In this document: one piece after another, positions 41,717-55,756 of the stretch
Numbering within the stretch: position 1 is the stretch's first letter
Layout: each line of letters opens with the position of its first letter
From: Eledone cirrhosa
Taxonomy: Eukaryota
Assembly (NCBI GenBank): GCA_964016885.1
Contig: OZ024740.1
Span: forward strand, 226,362,001-226,426,000
Direction of reading: 5' to 3'
DNA length: 64,000 nucleotides
Program-made: the position numbers and the translations under genes
Notes under the pieces: generated by a model
Databases searched by the model: none
The model's input: only the letters and a program-made list of their open reading frames with translations
What the model was told of the DNA's origin: nothing

Positions 41717-42522
41717 CAGTTTTGTAGTGTCAGAAATGGCAAATGTCAGTCTCTCCTCATTATGAAATTAATGTATAAATAACACTTTTGACACATGTTT
41801 TATGCCTCCCCAACAAAAAAATTTAAAAACTATAAAATTAATATATATAATATTTTACAATAACTAAATATAGATATCATCTTTATAATAATCATCCTTT
41901 ACAATATTTAAATTGAAATATGATATTCAAATTCAAATTAGATAATTTATAATTAAAACTAATGATCTATGACCTATATTAAAAAAATCATTATAAACAA
42001 ATAATTATAGAAAAAAATATTTGTTAATGTTATTTAAATATTAGGAATGCTAAAGGTCTTAAAATTGTTCCAAACGGGAGCAATGAAGTAATTGTTAAAC
42101 AATGTAGAAATGAAATAAAACAGTGATCAATTAGCTAATTTGTGATGGCTCCTTAACACCAAGACATTCATCATATTTTCACATGATCCAGAATTGTTAA
42201 TAAATTCCTTAATAACCAAAGAAACATCGATTGCAGAAACAAGTTCCAGTTCCAACTCGGTTAGTCATATGCTGCTAGCAAATAACTTGTAAAAGCTGGA
42301 TTATTATTGAACTAATTAATAACATTTAACAGCTAATACAAGTCTCTTCGCACTACACAATTTCCCTGTGACAATGGCTTTCTAATAAAATGTTCCATTT
42401 ACCATCATATCCATTGAATCCAGTTCATTTCTGACAATCAATCAAAGGAGTGCAATCTTGTTCAGAGATTCAGTTAGAACATTCAGTGTATATTTTTAAC
42501 ATCGACCCATATATATATATAT

Positions 42523-42619
<97 letters not shown>

Positions 42620-42737
42620 GTGTGTGTGTATATATATATATATATCCATACATATATACATACATATATATATATATACACATATATATATATATATCCA
42701 TACATATATACATACATATATACATATATACACATAT

Positions 42738-43085
42738 GGAGGCACATGGCTTAGTGGTTAGAGCATTGGCCTTGCAATCAAAAGGTTGTGAATTCAATTC
42801 TCAGACCGGGTGATGTGTTGTTTCCTTGAGCAAGACACTTTATTTCACTTTGCTCCAGTTTACTCAGCTATAGAAATGAGATGATAGGGACTGGGGGGTC
42901 CCTATCATTCCACTGCAAAGTGGTCGTGGAGGTGCCATGGCAAAAAAGCACCCAGCATTCACTGTAAATGAGGTTGGTGTTAGGAAGGGCATCCAGCTGT
43001 AGAAATCAAGCCAGAATCAGTTCCCGTCCCACCCTTGCAAGCAGGGAAAAGCAGATGTAAAATGATGATGATGATGATGATGATA
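42738..43085 (+). mobile_element. Full-length tRNA/CORE SINE with RTE tail (OR-like)
   Basis: A box tggcttagtgg, B box-like gaattcaattc, core ccttgagcaagacac, RTE subfamily-2 3' UTR, (GAT)n. Confidence 0.85.
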
Positions 43086-43297
43086 TATATTGTAATGGTA
43101 ACAACTATGTTGTAGTGTGAAATTTTGTTAACTTGCCTGTCCATCTTCAGAAGTGATGATATATTTGATAAATTAGGTGCATTGCAATGTAAGTATTAAT
43201 ATAGGCGTATTTCTCTATTACTCTTAAGCTTGTATCCCCCCACTCTCATGTACATACATCCACAGACACTCACATGCATGCATAGATACATACTCAC

Positions 43298-43640
43298 ATC
43301 ATCATCATCATCATCATCACCGTTTTACGTCCGTTCTTCCACGCTAGCATGGGTTTAGACGGGTTGTCCTGTTGTGGGCAGTGTCTGGTCGGCTGACCAT
43401 GCCTTGCTCATACAGGAACTGATTTGGCTTGATTTCTACAGCTGGATGCCCTTCCTAACACCAACCTCATTTACAGTGAGTGCTGGGTGCTTTTCCGTGG
43501 CGCCTACACGTCCACTTTACAGTGTGGGCTGGGTGCTTTTTTGCCGTGGCACCTCCACGACCACCTTGCGGTGGAGGGTGTGGGGGCATATTGTCTATAT
43601 GCTTCAGCTTGTACCCATGAGAGGTCGGGTACTCTGTATT
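43298..43640 (-). mobile_element. RTE subfamily 2 3' UTR
   Basis: Reverse complement of 18763-19098. Confidence 0.85.
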
Positions 43641-44076
43641 ACACACACATATATATACATACATATATACACACATACATACTTATACACATGCATACAT
43701 ACAGGCATACATGCATTCATACATACATACTACGTCTATATGCATACATATATGAAGAGAAAGAGAGAAAATATATACAGATTTTGCTTACTCAGTAGTA
43801 AAGAACATAAAAGTGCTCAATAAATTTTTGTGTTTGTAGAATGTTTGTCTAATACATGTTTGTCATGTGTAAAGATTATTAATTCGAAACTAAGGGCTTT
43901 CCCGTATTAGTCTTATAGTCAAATGCATGAAATGCTTACATTGAGATAAATAATCCTGTTTGCATTATAAATATAAGAAAAAAAACACATACCATAGACA
44001 CACACATGCCTACTCAAAGACACATGTATAGCTGAAGACTGTATGGAAGACTATTTTTTTTTTTTTGTTGATATAT

Positions 44077-44262
44077 ATTCCCAAGTTGTGTCAGGGGTAA
44101 CCACAGTTAAAAAAGTTACTCAGTACACAGGTAGAGTATAAGCATCTGTATTATATATAGAAATGTCTTCTACACACTAGAACTGTTTCATTCATATGAA
44201 ATCATCTGGAATGTCCTGATGATTTCATATGATTGAAATAGTTCTAGTCCTGTAGAAGTCAT
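44077..44262 (-). mobile_element. HH-F element with fold-back
   Basis: 44161-44210 inverted vs 44214-44263; homologous to 19487-19633. Confidence 0.55.
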
Positions 44263-44398
44263 TTGTATATATACATATATATATTCATTGAAGTGGTTGA
44301 TGGAGTGCATCGATCTGAAAAGGAAAAAAAAAAATTGTATATACATGTGTATGTGTGTATGCATGTCTGTGTGTTATTATATGTCCATCATTTCAAAG

Positions 44399-44588
44399 GG
44401 CGGTGGATTGGCAGTATCGGTAGAGAGTTGGACACCATGCTTTCCAGCATAGTTACTTCCCTTTACGGTCTGAGTTCAAATCCCGCCGAAGTTTACTTTG
44501 CCTTTCATCCTTACGGGGTCGATAAAATAAAGTACCAGTAATACACTGGGTATTTGCTGGCTTTGTGCCTAAAGTAGAAACAATTATA
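44399..44588 (+). mobile_element. SINE family 2
   Basis: gagttcaaatcccgcc...gcctttcatccttacggggtcgataaa. Confidence 0.85.
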
Positions 44589-44631
44589 TGTCCATACAAA
44601 GCAAAGAGGATATGTATGTGTGTGCTTGTAA

Positions 44632-45495
44632 TCCAGGACTGATGTCACAAAAGATTTATTTCAAACCCAAACTTCACACTAAGAGTTTTCCCCATCAAAG
44701 TAATCTCCCTGGAGTCTAATGCACTTTTCCATTCTTTTCTGCCACGCTTGCATGCACTTCTGGAAGGATTCTTCCAGGATCCTTCGCAGTTCCTTCGTCA
44801 TGGCCTTTTTTATATCGTCCACGTCTTCAAAACGGGTCCCCTCTGGATCGTACTCGAAGATCCATCACTGGTGATGACTGTTCCTAGCAAGTCTGGTTCG
44901 GTTTCAAGATGCTCGAGGATGTCCTGGCACACTTGCATGCGTCGACCCTTCTGGTCATCGTTCAGCAGTTTTGGCACCATCTTCGCGCAGACTTTCCGCA
45001 TGTCAAATCTTCAGTGAGAATCTTCCAGACGCTGTCCCTATTCATGCCCAGCTCATTTTCCATCAGTCGAACAGTCAGCCGACGATCGCTACGCACCATC
45101 TGCCTGACACCCTCAACGTTGACCTCTATCCTGGTTGTTCAGGGCCTTCCGCTCCTGGGGTCATCTTGCACCACTCAAAAACACATGTGAGCGTGACATC
45201 GTCTCATCTCCATACACTTGCTGCAGCAATCCCAGTGCTTCTGACGGAGTTTTCCCCAACCATACCAGAAACTTCAAGTTTGTTCGTTGCTCAGTGCTCA
45301 TTGCTTGACGATCTGAAACAGAGGACATGTATATAAAATTATGAAGAAAAAAGTTTGATCGCTGCAGAGAGCTAAGATTACAGTTACATACTCCAGGGGG
45401 ATTACTTTGAAGGAGAAAACTCTTAGTGTGAAGTTTGGATTTGAAATAAATCTTTTGTGACATCAGTCCTGGAACTTTTCTGACACACCTCGTAT
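44632..45495 (-). mobile_element. Deleted mariner with a 3' end at both termini
   Basis: MSTEQRTNLKFLVWLGKTPSE...MRKVCAKMVPKLL...GDYFDG; inverted 3' end at 45390-45495. Confidence 0.8.
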
Positions 45496-45944
45496 ATTGT
45501 TTCAGCTCTCTTTCCTCCATTCAAATCCCATTGAACTCACCTCTACCTTTCATCTCTTTGGAAGTAATAAAATAAAGTACCAATACATGGTTGTGGGTTA
45601 GTAGAATTGTTAGAGCAGTATTGGATGAGATACATTATGATATCTGTTCCAACACTTTGCATTTTAAGTTCAAATTCCACATATGCAATCAAATTTCATT
45701 GATAGCCAGAATCAATCACCTAACCATGGGAACACAACTGATTATGAAATCTAGAGTGGTGTGGAGGAGAAATGTGGCCATGTGTTACTACATTCAAGAA
45801 CTTTCAGTTTTACCTTTGTTAACCCCCACCCCAGAGACCCCCAGAGCATAGGCTGGGAACTGCTGTTCTAACTTGTTAAAAGTTGTTACTAACACCCAGA
45901 CCTTCCTCCTCAGTACATCTTGCAAGAACCTTTTCTTTGCCCAT

Positions 45945-46220
45945 GACCTAATGATTAGGATGCTGGATGTACAATCATAATGTCAATGGTTCGATTCTTG
46001 GAGAGGCTACTGCATTGTATTCTTGAGCAAAACACTTTATTTCATATTGCTCTTGTATACTCAACTGAGTGTGAGTACCAGCAGTACCTGGGGTGTTAAT
46101 TCTGTGATAGACCAGCATCTTGTTCAGGGCGAGTTATGTACTCTCAATTGCATAATGCCAAAGAAACCAGGGATAAGTACTGGTTTGTTGAGCCTTCAGC
46201 TTAAAACAGACATTAACTTT
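45945..46220 (+). mobile_element. Old CORE-type SINE
   Basis: ggttcgattc...ttcttgagcaaaacactttatttca. Confidence 0.55.
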
Positions 46221-46597
46221 AAATTTAACCACGTATTTTTCTGCATCAATCAACTTGCAGTTCTTTAAGAGGAGCATTAACTACATCAGTGTGATTAGTC
46301 TTAAAGGGTCAAATAAATCCATAAGTAGAGCCAGATTAATAATATGCTTTTTAATACCATTTCCCCTGCTAAAACAGTGACCTCGTAAACTACATGTCAT
46401 TGAGTTCTTTATAGGCAATGCTTTATAGCTAGATGCTGTTTTTAATACCAACTAGTTTAGTGACCTCTTACAACAACCTGATACACACAGAAAGATTAAT
46501 CCATTAAAATAAATTCACTTGACATATCTCTTGTCTGTTGCAGCAGTAATGTAAATTAAGTCTTATATACCAAAGACAGTGAATTGGCAGAGTTGTT

Positions 46598-46730
46598 AGA
46601 ACGTCAGATAGAGTGCTTTGAGGTATTTGTTTCGTCCCTCTGTTCTCTCTGTTCAAATCCTGCCAAGGTCAACTTTACCTTTCATCCTTTCGAGGTTGAT
46701 AAAAAAAGTACCAGTCTAATACTGGGTCTA
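46598..46730 (+). mobile_element. Old SINE family 2 relative (similar copies near 48890-48995 and 49430-49580)
   Basis: gttcaaatcctgccaaggtcaactttacctttcatcctttcgaggttgataaa. Confidence 0.6.
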
Positions 46731-49700
46731 TTCTTCATATATATCTTTTTCTCACATCCTTTCTCTCATTCTCTATCCTTCTCTGGAAGAAATCTGCTGT
46801 ACTCAAGCCTGGAGAGGGTAGGGCTCCATCAGGTTTTAAAATGACCTAAGAAACACTGTATGTCAGTATAGAACCCTTACAGCTCCCTCGGGATGTATGG
46901 GTGCATACCAAAGATAAATATGACTTATAGAGTCTTGAATTGTTGCATTTTCATAAATTTCAATATATGTGCACATGTAAATCCTCCATTTAACATTGTT
47001 TATATAAAGAATCTTCATCATGCTGTGTATTTCGTTTAAAATATGCACACCATATTTGAAAGGGAATCTGGTTATAAAACATGGCCTTAAAAAGACTTCA
47101 TTGATGAGTATGAATCCTGTCATGGAGCACACATAGTTAACTTATGATTTAGCAGGGGGGAAATGCTTTAAAATGTTAGTTGTGTTGTATATAAAAGAAC
47201 CTTCAACGTTTATTTTATATGTGTATGTACAGTGGGGAACTTATATTTTGAAGCCCTTATACTTAAACTGTCATGGAGACCCGTATACAACAACATCAAT
47301 AAAGAAAAAAAATATTCTTTGGCCCTTCAGGGATTAGATACTCTAAAGCTAACATTTTGTTAGCTTTATAGTAGTTTTCCCTTTGTGTGTGCATATGTAT
47401 GTGTGTATGTTTTGTATGCAAGCATGTGTGTGTGTACATGTGCCAGTGTTCTTAACCTTATCGCACTATTTATTGAGCACTTAAACATCAATTTGCCAAA
47501 AAAGACTATTATATACATGTTTATGAGTGGGACACCTTTGTGAGGCGTTTGATGAGGGTGTGTTCTGTTGTTTTACATTTCATAACAAATTACTGTGCAA
47601 TGAGCCAACCAGCCGCCAAGTATCTGCTTGCTTCATTCATTCATTGGCTGGCTCTGCCAGCACACACAAATGAAAGAGATATATGCACATGCATATATAA
47701 GCATGCAAACAAATACCCACGCCTCCTCTGCTGTACATATACATATTCATATATCCTCACCTGTGGAAGTAGCCCAGTAACAGCTATACTTAAATAAATA
47801 CACAAACATATATCCATACAAACACTCACAAATATATACATATATGATCGCTTATATAAATGCACTCAACATTATCACAATTTAAATTATACTTTCTTCT
47901 ATAGAATGAGAATTCCGAAGTAAAATGCGTTCCCACTAAAAATGTTCATTACAAATTTTTAATGCCTTTTGTGAAAAAAAAAATGATATGTGAAATAATT
48001 TTGTTTCTCTTTCTGGTTTGATTTCTTGCAGATAAAATTTAGATCTATCTACACATAAAACATATTTTATGACCTTTTACAGAGGAAAACCAAAGCGGAG
48101 CAGTTAATATTTATTTCAATGTGCTTTTCCTATCAAAGCCATATTTTAGGCTTTGGAAATTAGAATCATATTTGTACATTTTTATTGTTTTATTTTCCTA
48201 TGTTATTCTTTTTGTATTTGGCTTTTAGCTGCTAAACATTTATATTTAAAATATGATGGAAACCATTTTCAATGAGAGTGTAGGGTGAGATGTGTTGGGG
48301 TGGGTGGGGTGATTCAAAAAGAAATAAGATTTTTTAAAAAAAGCAAATTAAACAAATAAAATGATTAATGCTGTTTCCTGAATCACCTGACGTTGAAAAA
48401 TATCTGAAAACCAAAAGTCAGGTATAGAAAATTTCTAAAATGGCAATTTGTTGTGTAAGTAACTTTAATCTGATAATGTTTCTGGTTAAACTGTAGTATA
48501 TAGTTCAGATAATATGGAATCAAAATGGTTTTGGAATATATATTTTCCATAAAAAGATTTATCTTTAAAAATAAATGAAACGAAATAATTCATAGGTAAA
48601 ATTTTTAAATGAAGAAATGATATATGCTTAAACTGCAATATAAATAAAACCTTGGAGTATAAGCATCAATTTAACGGGAATGCATATATTAATTTAACTG
48701 TAGTGAGTGAAAAAATCCAGTATTCCAGTGGGTTGAAGGGCCAACACTAGAATACTTCATTTTTCTGCAAAATATCTCAGGCAGCAATTTCAAATCCTCT
48801 GTTTTTTACACTCTTGACTTGTTGCATTTTACTATTCTCCTCCACACAAAAATATAAACTGAATAATAGTGTATATAGCAAGCATGAACTGACAGGGTTG
48901 TTAGAGAATAATTCTTCTAGCTCACTGAACTTTGAGTTCAAATTTTGTTGAGGTCACTTTTCATTTTCATCCATTCAGAGTCGATAAAATAACATACTTC
49001 TATATGGCAGTGGAATGGTGAAATTATTATAGCATCAACTGAGTTTTCTTGTAATAATTGTTTCAGTTATTTGTGTTCTGAATTCATATGACTGTTGTGA
49101 CCATACTTGACTGATAAACTTAATATATCACCACATAATATTTCACCTTACATTCTGGTTCTTGGCCATCTTTAGTTGCATACATGTTTGGTCTCAAGGA
49201 TACCTGTTTGAAGTTGCCTTCTTCATTTCCTCCCACCAGCCTAGGATGGTATGAACACTGTATGGACACTGTCCTTCCTACTCTGACAAAACAGTTATAA
49301 CAAAAAGCATCACAATTTGTGATGATGTCACCTCTGTCATTTCATATTATATGTATGATCTCTCTCAGCTAAAGAAAGTGTGATTTTTTTACAATATACA
49401 TTAATAAACCTTAGAGATTATATATTGACATCAAATTAGCAGTCATTAGAACATTGGACAGAATCATTTGTAGTGTTCATTTCGGCTCTCTGTTCTCTGA
49501 GTTCAAATCCTGCCAAGGTCAACTTTGCCTTTCCTTCATTTAAGGTCAATAAAAAAGTACCAGTTTAATATTGGTGTCAATTTTTCCTCTATATCTCTTT
49601 CTCACTTTCTTTCTCTCACTCTTTGGAATAAATTTGCTGTATTCATACCTGTAGAGGAGATGGGCTCCACCAGGTTTAAAAGAAAATGCCCTAGAAATGC

Positions 49701-50167
49701 CATACATCTATATGGCACCCCTATGACAACCTCAAGAGTTACGGATCCATACACATACATACAGATTATATATAATGTAATGATATGATGTGATATATTT
49801 ACACCAGAGGATAACTTTTGTTATAATTGAGAATTTAAAGCCATTCAACTTGGCAGAGCTCAATTCTCTCTGAGTTGAATATATGTGTGGAGTGAGAGAC
49901 TCAGGTTTATTATTTTATATATTAAATGTTATTTAGTGTACATTAGTGTAATTGGTTATAGGTTTCCAATGACTTCATCATTATATGATGGCTTTTCTAG
50001 ATATGTGCTGCTTACTTGGACAGAAAAAATACCCCACATCTGAAATTGACCCTTGTTCTAAGATACAAAGCTGCTCGTTTTAAAGTGTTTATACTTAGAT
50101 TAAAGCTTTTACTCATAATGTTTATGTAAGAAACTTTTGTTAAATAATGTTTCAAGCATCAGTATGA

Positions 50168-50585
50168 TAATTGTTTCTACTTTTGGCACAAAGCCAGCAA
50201 TTATCCCCAGTACATTACTGGTACTTTATTTTATCAGCCCCATAAGGATGAAAGGCAAAGTTAACCTCAGCGGGATTTGAACTTAGACCATAAAGGGCTA
50301 TAATTCTATGCTGCAAAGCATGACGTCTGACCTTCAACCAATACTGCCAATCCACTGCATCAGTATAATAATGGTTTCTGATTTTGGCACAAGGCCAGCA
50401 ATTTGAAGGGAAGGGGAAAATCGACTAAAATCAACCCAGTACGTTACTAGTACTTTATTTTATCGACTCCATAAGAATGAAAAGGTAAGCTAACCTCAGC
50501 AGAATTTGAACTCAGAACGTAAATACACATAACTACATGTCACAAAGCATATTATCTGATTGTCTAAAAACTCTACCAATCCACA
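50168..50585 (-). mobile_element. Two tandem SINE family 2 copies
   Basis: Two ggcacaa.gccagcaatt...gatttgaact units. Confidence 0.75.
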
Positions 50586-50786
50586 GCGCTTAGCATTTAT
50601 GCTTTATTACTGAATTCCTCATAAATCTTCCTTATTTTCAATTTATATTGAAACACATAGGCTATGTATTTCATTAGAAATATGGTAACAAAAGGGTTAT
50701 TGTACTCTATTTTTATCAGCTCCAGTGAATAGAGGGACATAGAAGCCAGGTCAACATTAAGTCTCAACCACATTAGGTAGTTCAAC

Positions 50787-51832
50787 ATCATCATCATCAT
50801 CATCGTTTAACGCCCATGTTCTACGCTTGCATGGGTTTGGACGGGAGTTTTCCCACTTGAGGCAAGAGTGGTTGTCATTGCTCGCATAGGACTGTCTGGC
50901 AGGTTTTCTACAGCTGGATGCTCTTCCTAACACCAACCACATTTACAGTGTGGGGCTGGGAGGTTTTTACCGTGTTGCCTACATGGCCACATTACAGCGT
51001 GGACTGTGTGTTTTTTTGTTGTGACACCTACACGATCTCATTTGTTTCGGCCTGGATGTTGTGGCACCAACATAACTTTACATTGAAAGGGGCGGTGTGG
51101 ATGGGGTGGGGGTGGTGGGACGGGGGTGTATTTTGTTAGAGATGCCTACTGACTGCAGTAGGTTTTACTTTGTATTTAGGTAAGGCAGGTCTTCTCTATT
51201 ACTGAGTACCGCCAAAGGTCTCGGTCCAGTGACATTGTCTTGGAGAGGTGTAAGCGTGTGAGGTCGGAATTTATCAGCTCGTCCCAGGTTTTTCTGGGTC
51301 TGCCTACTCCGTGGCTACCATCTATCTTTATTGCCCTGCACTTTGTTATACAGCTGTCGTCTTTCATGCGCATCACGTGACCACACCAATGTAGCCTTCT
51401 CTCGAGTAAACAACATCTGATCCCTCTTATTTCTAATTTTTTTTTCTTTAGTTCGTTTATGCTTTGCCGTTCACGTATATTACTATTACACATCCAACGG
51501 AGCATGCAAGCTTCGTTCCTCTCTAGTCTGCGTATATCCTCTGCACACAATGCCCAGGTCTCACTGCCATGCAACATTGCTGTTCGTATGCAGGAATCAA
51601 ACAGCCTGCCTTTCATTTTTAGGGAGAACCCTTTAGCGGCTAATAGTGGTATAAGCTCTCTGAACTTTTTCCATCCAGTTCTGACTCTAGCTACTGTACT
51701 TTCAGAGCACCCTCCCCCACTGCTGATTTTGTCACCCAGGTAACGGAAGCTGTCCACTATTTCTATAGAACCCTCTGCGCAATTGAAAGAGCTAGTATTT
51801 TGGTGGGCACTTGCTGCTACTTATTGCACCAG
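50787..51832 (-). mobile_element. 5'-truncated RTE (subfamily 1)
   Basis: ORF 51176-51757 near-identical to 3220-3798. Confidence 0.9.
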
Positions 51833-51878
51833 ACAGTTGATGTTAATTCCTGAATAGCAATTATGAAATATAACCAAT

Positions 51879-52215
51879 GGAGGCATATGGCTTAGTGGTT
51901 AAAACATTGGCCTTGCAATCGAAAGATTGCGAGTTCAATTCTCAGACCGAGTGATGTGTTGTTTCCTTGAGCAAGACACTTTATTTCACATTGCTCTAGT
52001 TTACTCAGCTGTAGAAATGAGATGATAGGGACTGGGGTCCCTATCATTCCACTGTAAAGTGGTCGTGGAGGTGCCATGGCAAAAAAGCACCCAGCACTCA
52101 CTGTAAATGAGGTTGGTGTTAGGAAGGGCATCCTGCTGTAGAAATCAAGCCAGAATCAGTTCCCGTCCCACCTTTGCAAGCAGGGAAAAGCGGACGTAAA
52201 AGGAAATGATGATGA
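51879..52215 (+). mobile_element. Full-length tRNA/CORE SINE with RTE tail
   Basis: Near-identical to 42738-43085. Confidence 0.85.
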
Positions 52216-52904
52216 ATGAACCATGTAGATTTAACATTGCAGTTCATCATTTTCAGAGAAAATACTCTTAAAAATAAGGTCTATCATAGTATAAAAGTTA
52301 AAAGTTATTGAAGTTAAGAAGTGAAATAGCAGCAGATGAATTTAGTGTTTTATAGCAACTTGTGAAAAACTACAAGTGTTTGGAGGTAATTATCCCTGCT
52401 AAAACAGGGCAATCCTGGCAGAGTCCATGACAAGTTTCTTTATTTTGTCCTTCATCTGCATATCCTCTTAGAAACTGGCTTTCATTTCTTCCTCCATCTT
52501 CGTTAGCCATGTCTTTGTTGATCTCCTTCCTTCCACCTTCATTTCCATAACCTCGGTACTCTCATCCTGCCTCAACATATGACCCTGTTCATGACATGAA
52601 GACCATCTGGCTGTAAAGCATTACATCAAAAGGAACACCATGAAGAGTATGATTGCTACATGTGAAAGACTGGAGAAACACATTGCTAAACTATAAGACA
52701 TAGTAATAAACAATGTGTTAGAACTATTTTGAGAAAGCCAGTAAAGTACAAGTTATAAATAAAGAAGTTGAAAGGACAGTAAAGTAAGACAAAATAAATT
52801 TTATCTTTTATTTTATGATATTTCAATGTTAAGACCCTTAAAAGAAATAGGAATGAAGTGTGATGGTGATGGCAAGCCAACCGTTTTTGATGTTTTCCCT
52901 CATA

Positions 52905-53240
52905 TCATCAACATCATCACAGTTTAACGTCCATATTTCTAAACTAGCATGGGGTAGACAAGTTGTCCAGATGTGAGCCAAGCCAGATCAGATGACTGTC
53001 TAGCTCACACTGACCGATTTTGGCTTAGTTTCTATGTCTAGATACCCTTTCTAACAACAACCAAATTTACAGTGGGTGCTTTTTAACATGACAGCTACAT
53101 GACCACTTTACAGTGTGGACTGGATGTTTATTGATGTGACACCTACCTGACCACTGCACAGTGTGGACTGGATGCTTTTTAATGTCATACTTACCTGATC
53201 ATTTTGTAGTGTGGACTGGATGCTTTTTGATGTGACACCT
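52905..53240 (-). mobile_element. Diverged RTE 3' UTR with three ~50-bp tandem subrepeats
   Basis: agtgtggactggatg repeated three times. Confidence 0.6.
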
Positions 53241-53554
53241 AATGTATTATATTGCAAGGTTTATGGAATTATTTTAACAATGAAAAGAAAATTCATCTTA
53301 AAGAAGTCATTTTATGCACTACTGCAACCATTATAGCATTAAATATATTTTATCTTGTCCTAAGATTATTAATAATAGAAAATATTACATTTAATTTAAT
53401 TTTTTCAATTCCTTTTTAAATTTCAATCTAAAAATTAATCCCAAAATAATATCAATTTTATTGGATCTTATTATTTTTAGATTACACACACACACTGATA
53501 CAAATATAAATACACACACAAATACACACATACTAGCACACATATATATATATG

Positions 53555-53604
<50 letters not shown>

Positions 53605-53607
<3 letters not shown>

Positions 53608-53990
53608 AAACCTACTACAGCCAGTAGGCATCTCTAACAAAATACACCCCGTCCCACCACCACCACCCCATCCACACCACCCCGTTCTATGTAAAGTTAT
53701 GTTGGTGCCGCGCCATCCAGGCCGAAACAAATGAGATCGTGTAGGTGTCACGAGAAAAAAACACACAGTCCACGCTGTAATGTGGCCGTGTAGGCAACAC
53801 GGTAAAAACCTCCCAGACCCACACTGTAAATGTGGTTGGTGTTAGGAAGGGCATCCAACTGTAGAAAACCGGCCAGACAGTCCTATGCGAGCAAGACAAT
53901 CACTCTTGCCTCAAGTGGGACTACCCCCGTCCAAACCCATGCAAGCGTGGAACACGAACGTGAAACGTTGATGATGATGATGATGATGAT
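53605..53990 (+). mobile_element. RTE subfamily 1 3' UTR
   Basis: Reverse complement of 34167-34550. Confidence 0.85.
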
Positions 53991-54016
53991 GTATGTATAT
54001 ATACATATATATATAC

Positions 54017-54047
<31 letters not shown>

Positions 54048-54050
54048 AAT

Positions 54051-54100
<50 letters not shown>

Positions 54101-54951
54101 ATATGTGTATATACATATATATATGCATATACATACACATGCATGCACATACATATATATGTATATATATATATATATATATGTGATGGAGGACATATAT
54201 AATTCAAAGAGTCTGTAAAATGTTTGCAAAAGATGAAAAAAAAAAAACACACAAAATTATATATAAAATGTAAAAATAAAATGTTAACATTTGTAATGAT
54301 TATTTTGAAGAAATCTCTATTAAGAGACATACTTACAATTGTATGTGAATGTGTAATAATAACAGAGAAAACCTTTGGAAGTGAAGACATAATGTTTTTG
54401 TCACCATAATTGGATGTTAATAACAGATGTGTCACATACAGTAAATAGAAACTACAAATGATGGGAAGCAAGCCAAACACTTAATTTATCTCTCTTCTAT
54501 CCAATAACTGTAAGAAGTTTATTGAAGAAAACCTGTTTAAATGATAACTGAAGGCGATACTCTCACTGTTTCTGTTTGAAATGAAACACTTTAGAGCAAA
54601 TGAAATGTGATGCTTTGAAGCACTTGCGAGAGAGAGATAGGTTCTCATTAATTTACTTCAACATAGGAACCTTGAAAACCAAAGGCGTTTTTTGTGTTTT
54701 TATTAATCTTTTCTATTTAGGTATGTATGTATGTGTAGTTAATATGTACACTTCATAACCATGCAGTACCAGGTTCACTTTTACTGCAGCCTTCAGGTTC
54801 AGTTGACCAGCATCTTGTTAGTGAAATTTCCCTTTGTTATATTGCATTTTTTCTTTTTTTCATAAACATCCGTTCTTAGTAAAATTTACAGTTAATGGTT
54901 ATCTTATAAACTCATATAATCAATGAGCTGATGAAAGGTCACTAAATAATA

Positions 54952-55106
<155 letters not shown>

Positions 55107-55135
55107 GTATGCATATATGTATGTATATATGTATA

Positions 55136-55345
55136 CAGGCATTGCTTTATATCTGGAGATCTCTCTGCACTTGTCATCACATGGTACCACTATGTGTCAA
55201 TAATTGTCACAAGTGTAGTGTTTGTACCAGAGTTTTCAAGTCGCTGGCTGGACTAAAAAGTCACACTCGTTCAGCGCATCGGTAGGGGTTCTCCTATATG
55301 GATATAAAGTAGTGGCCATACTCGAAAACGAGTTGGCAGCCACCA
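55136..55345 (+). mobile_element. LINE 3' end with C2H2 finger (copy at 56807-57025)
   Basis: [25 protein letters not shown]. Confidence 0.6.
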
Positions 55346-55424
55346 TATATGTATGTATATATGTATATATATATATATATATGTTTGTATATATGTATAT
55401 ATATATATATATATGTATATATCT

Positions 55425-55645
55425 TCTTAGACGATCGACTTTCGTCAAATCGGACCGAGGGAACAATGTTTCCGTTGGTCTTTCCAATTGCTAATACTAT
55501 CTATCGGTCGCAACTCCAGGTAGAAGGAGCAACGTGAAATAAAGTGTCTTGCTCAAGGACATAACGCATCGCCTAGTCCAGGAATCGAACTCACAACCTT
55601 ACGATTGCGAACCCAATTCTCTAACCACTCAGCCACACGCCGTCA
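55425..55645 (-). mobile_element. tRNA/CORE SINE with a different tail
   Basis: tggctgagtgg...gagttcgattcc...ccttgagcaagacac. Confidence 0.75.
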
Positions 55646-55657
55646 CTAATATGTATA

Positions 55658-55704
<47 letters not shown>

Positions 55705-55756
55705 GTATGTATATATGTATGTATATATGTATATATATATGTATGTATATATGTAT

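Noticed and set aside
42100-42490. Possible coding exon
   Set aside because: Stops in the frames examined and no recognisable motif
42738-42810. tRNA gene
   Set aside because: SINE head continuous with CORE and RTE tail; no proper cloverleaf
55200-55285. Host C2H2 zinc-finger exon
   Set aside because: Single finger, duplicated at 56.9 kb within a repeat, typical of a LINE C-terminus
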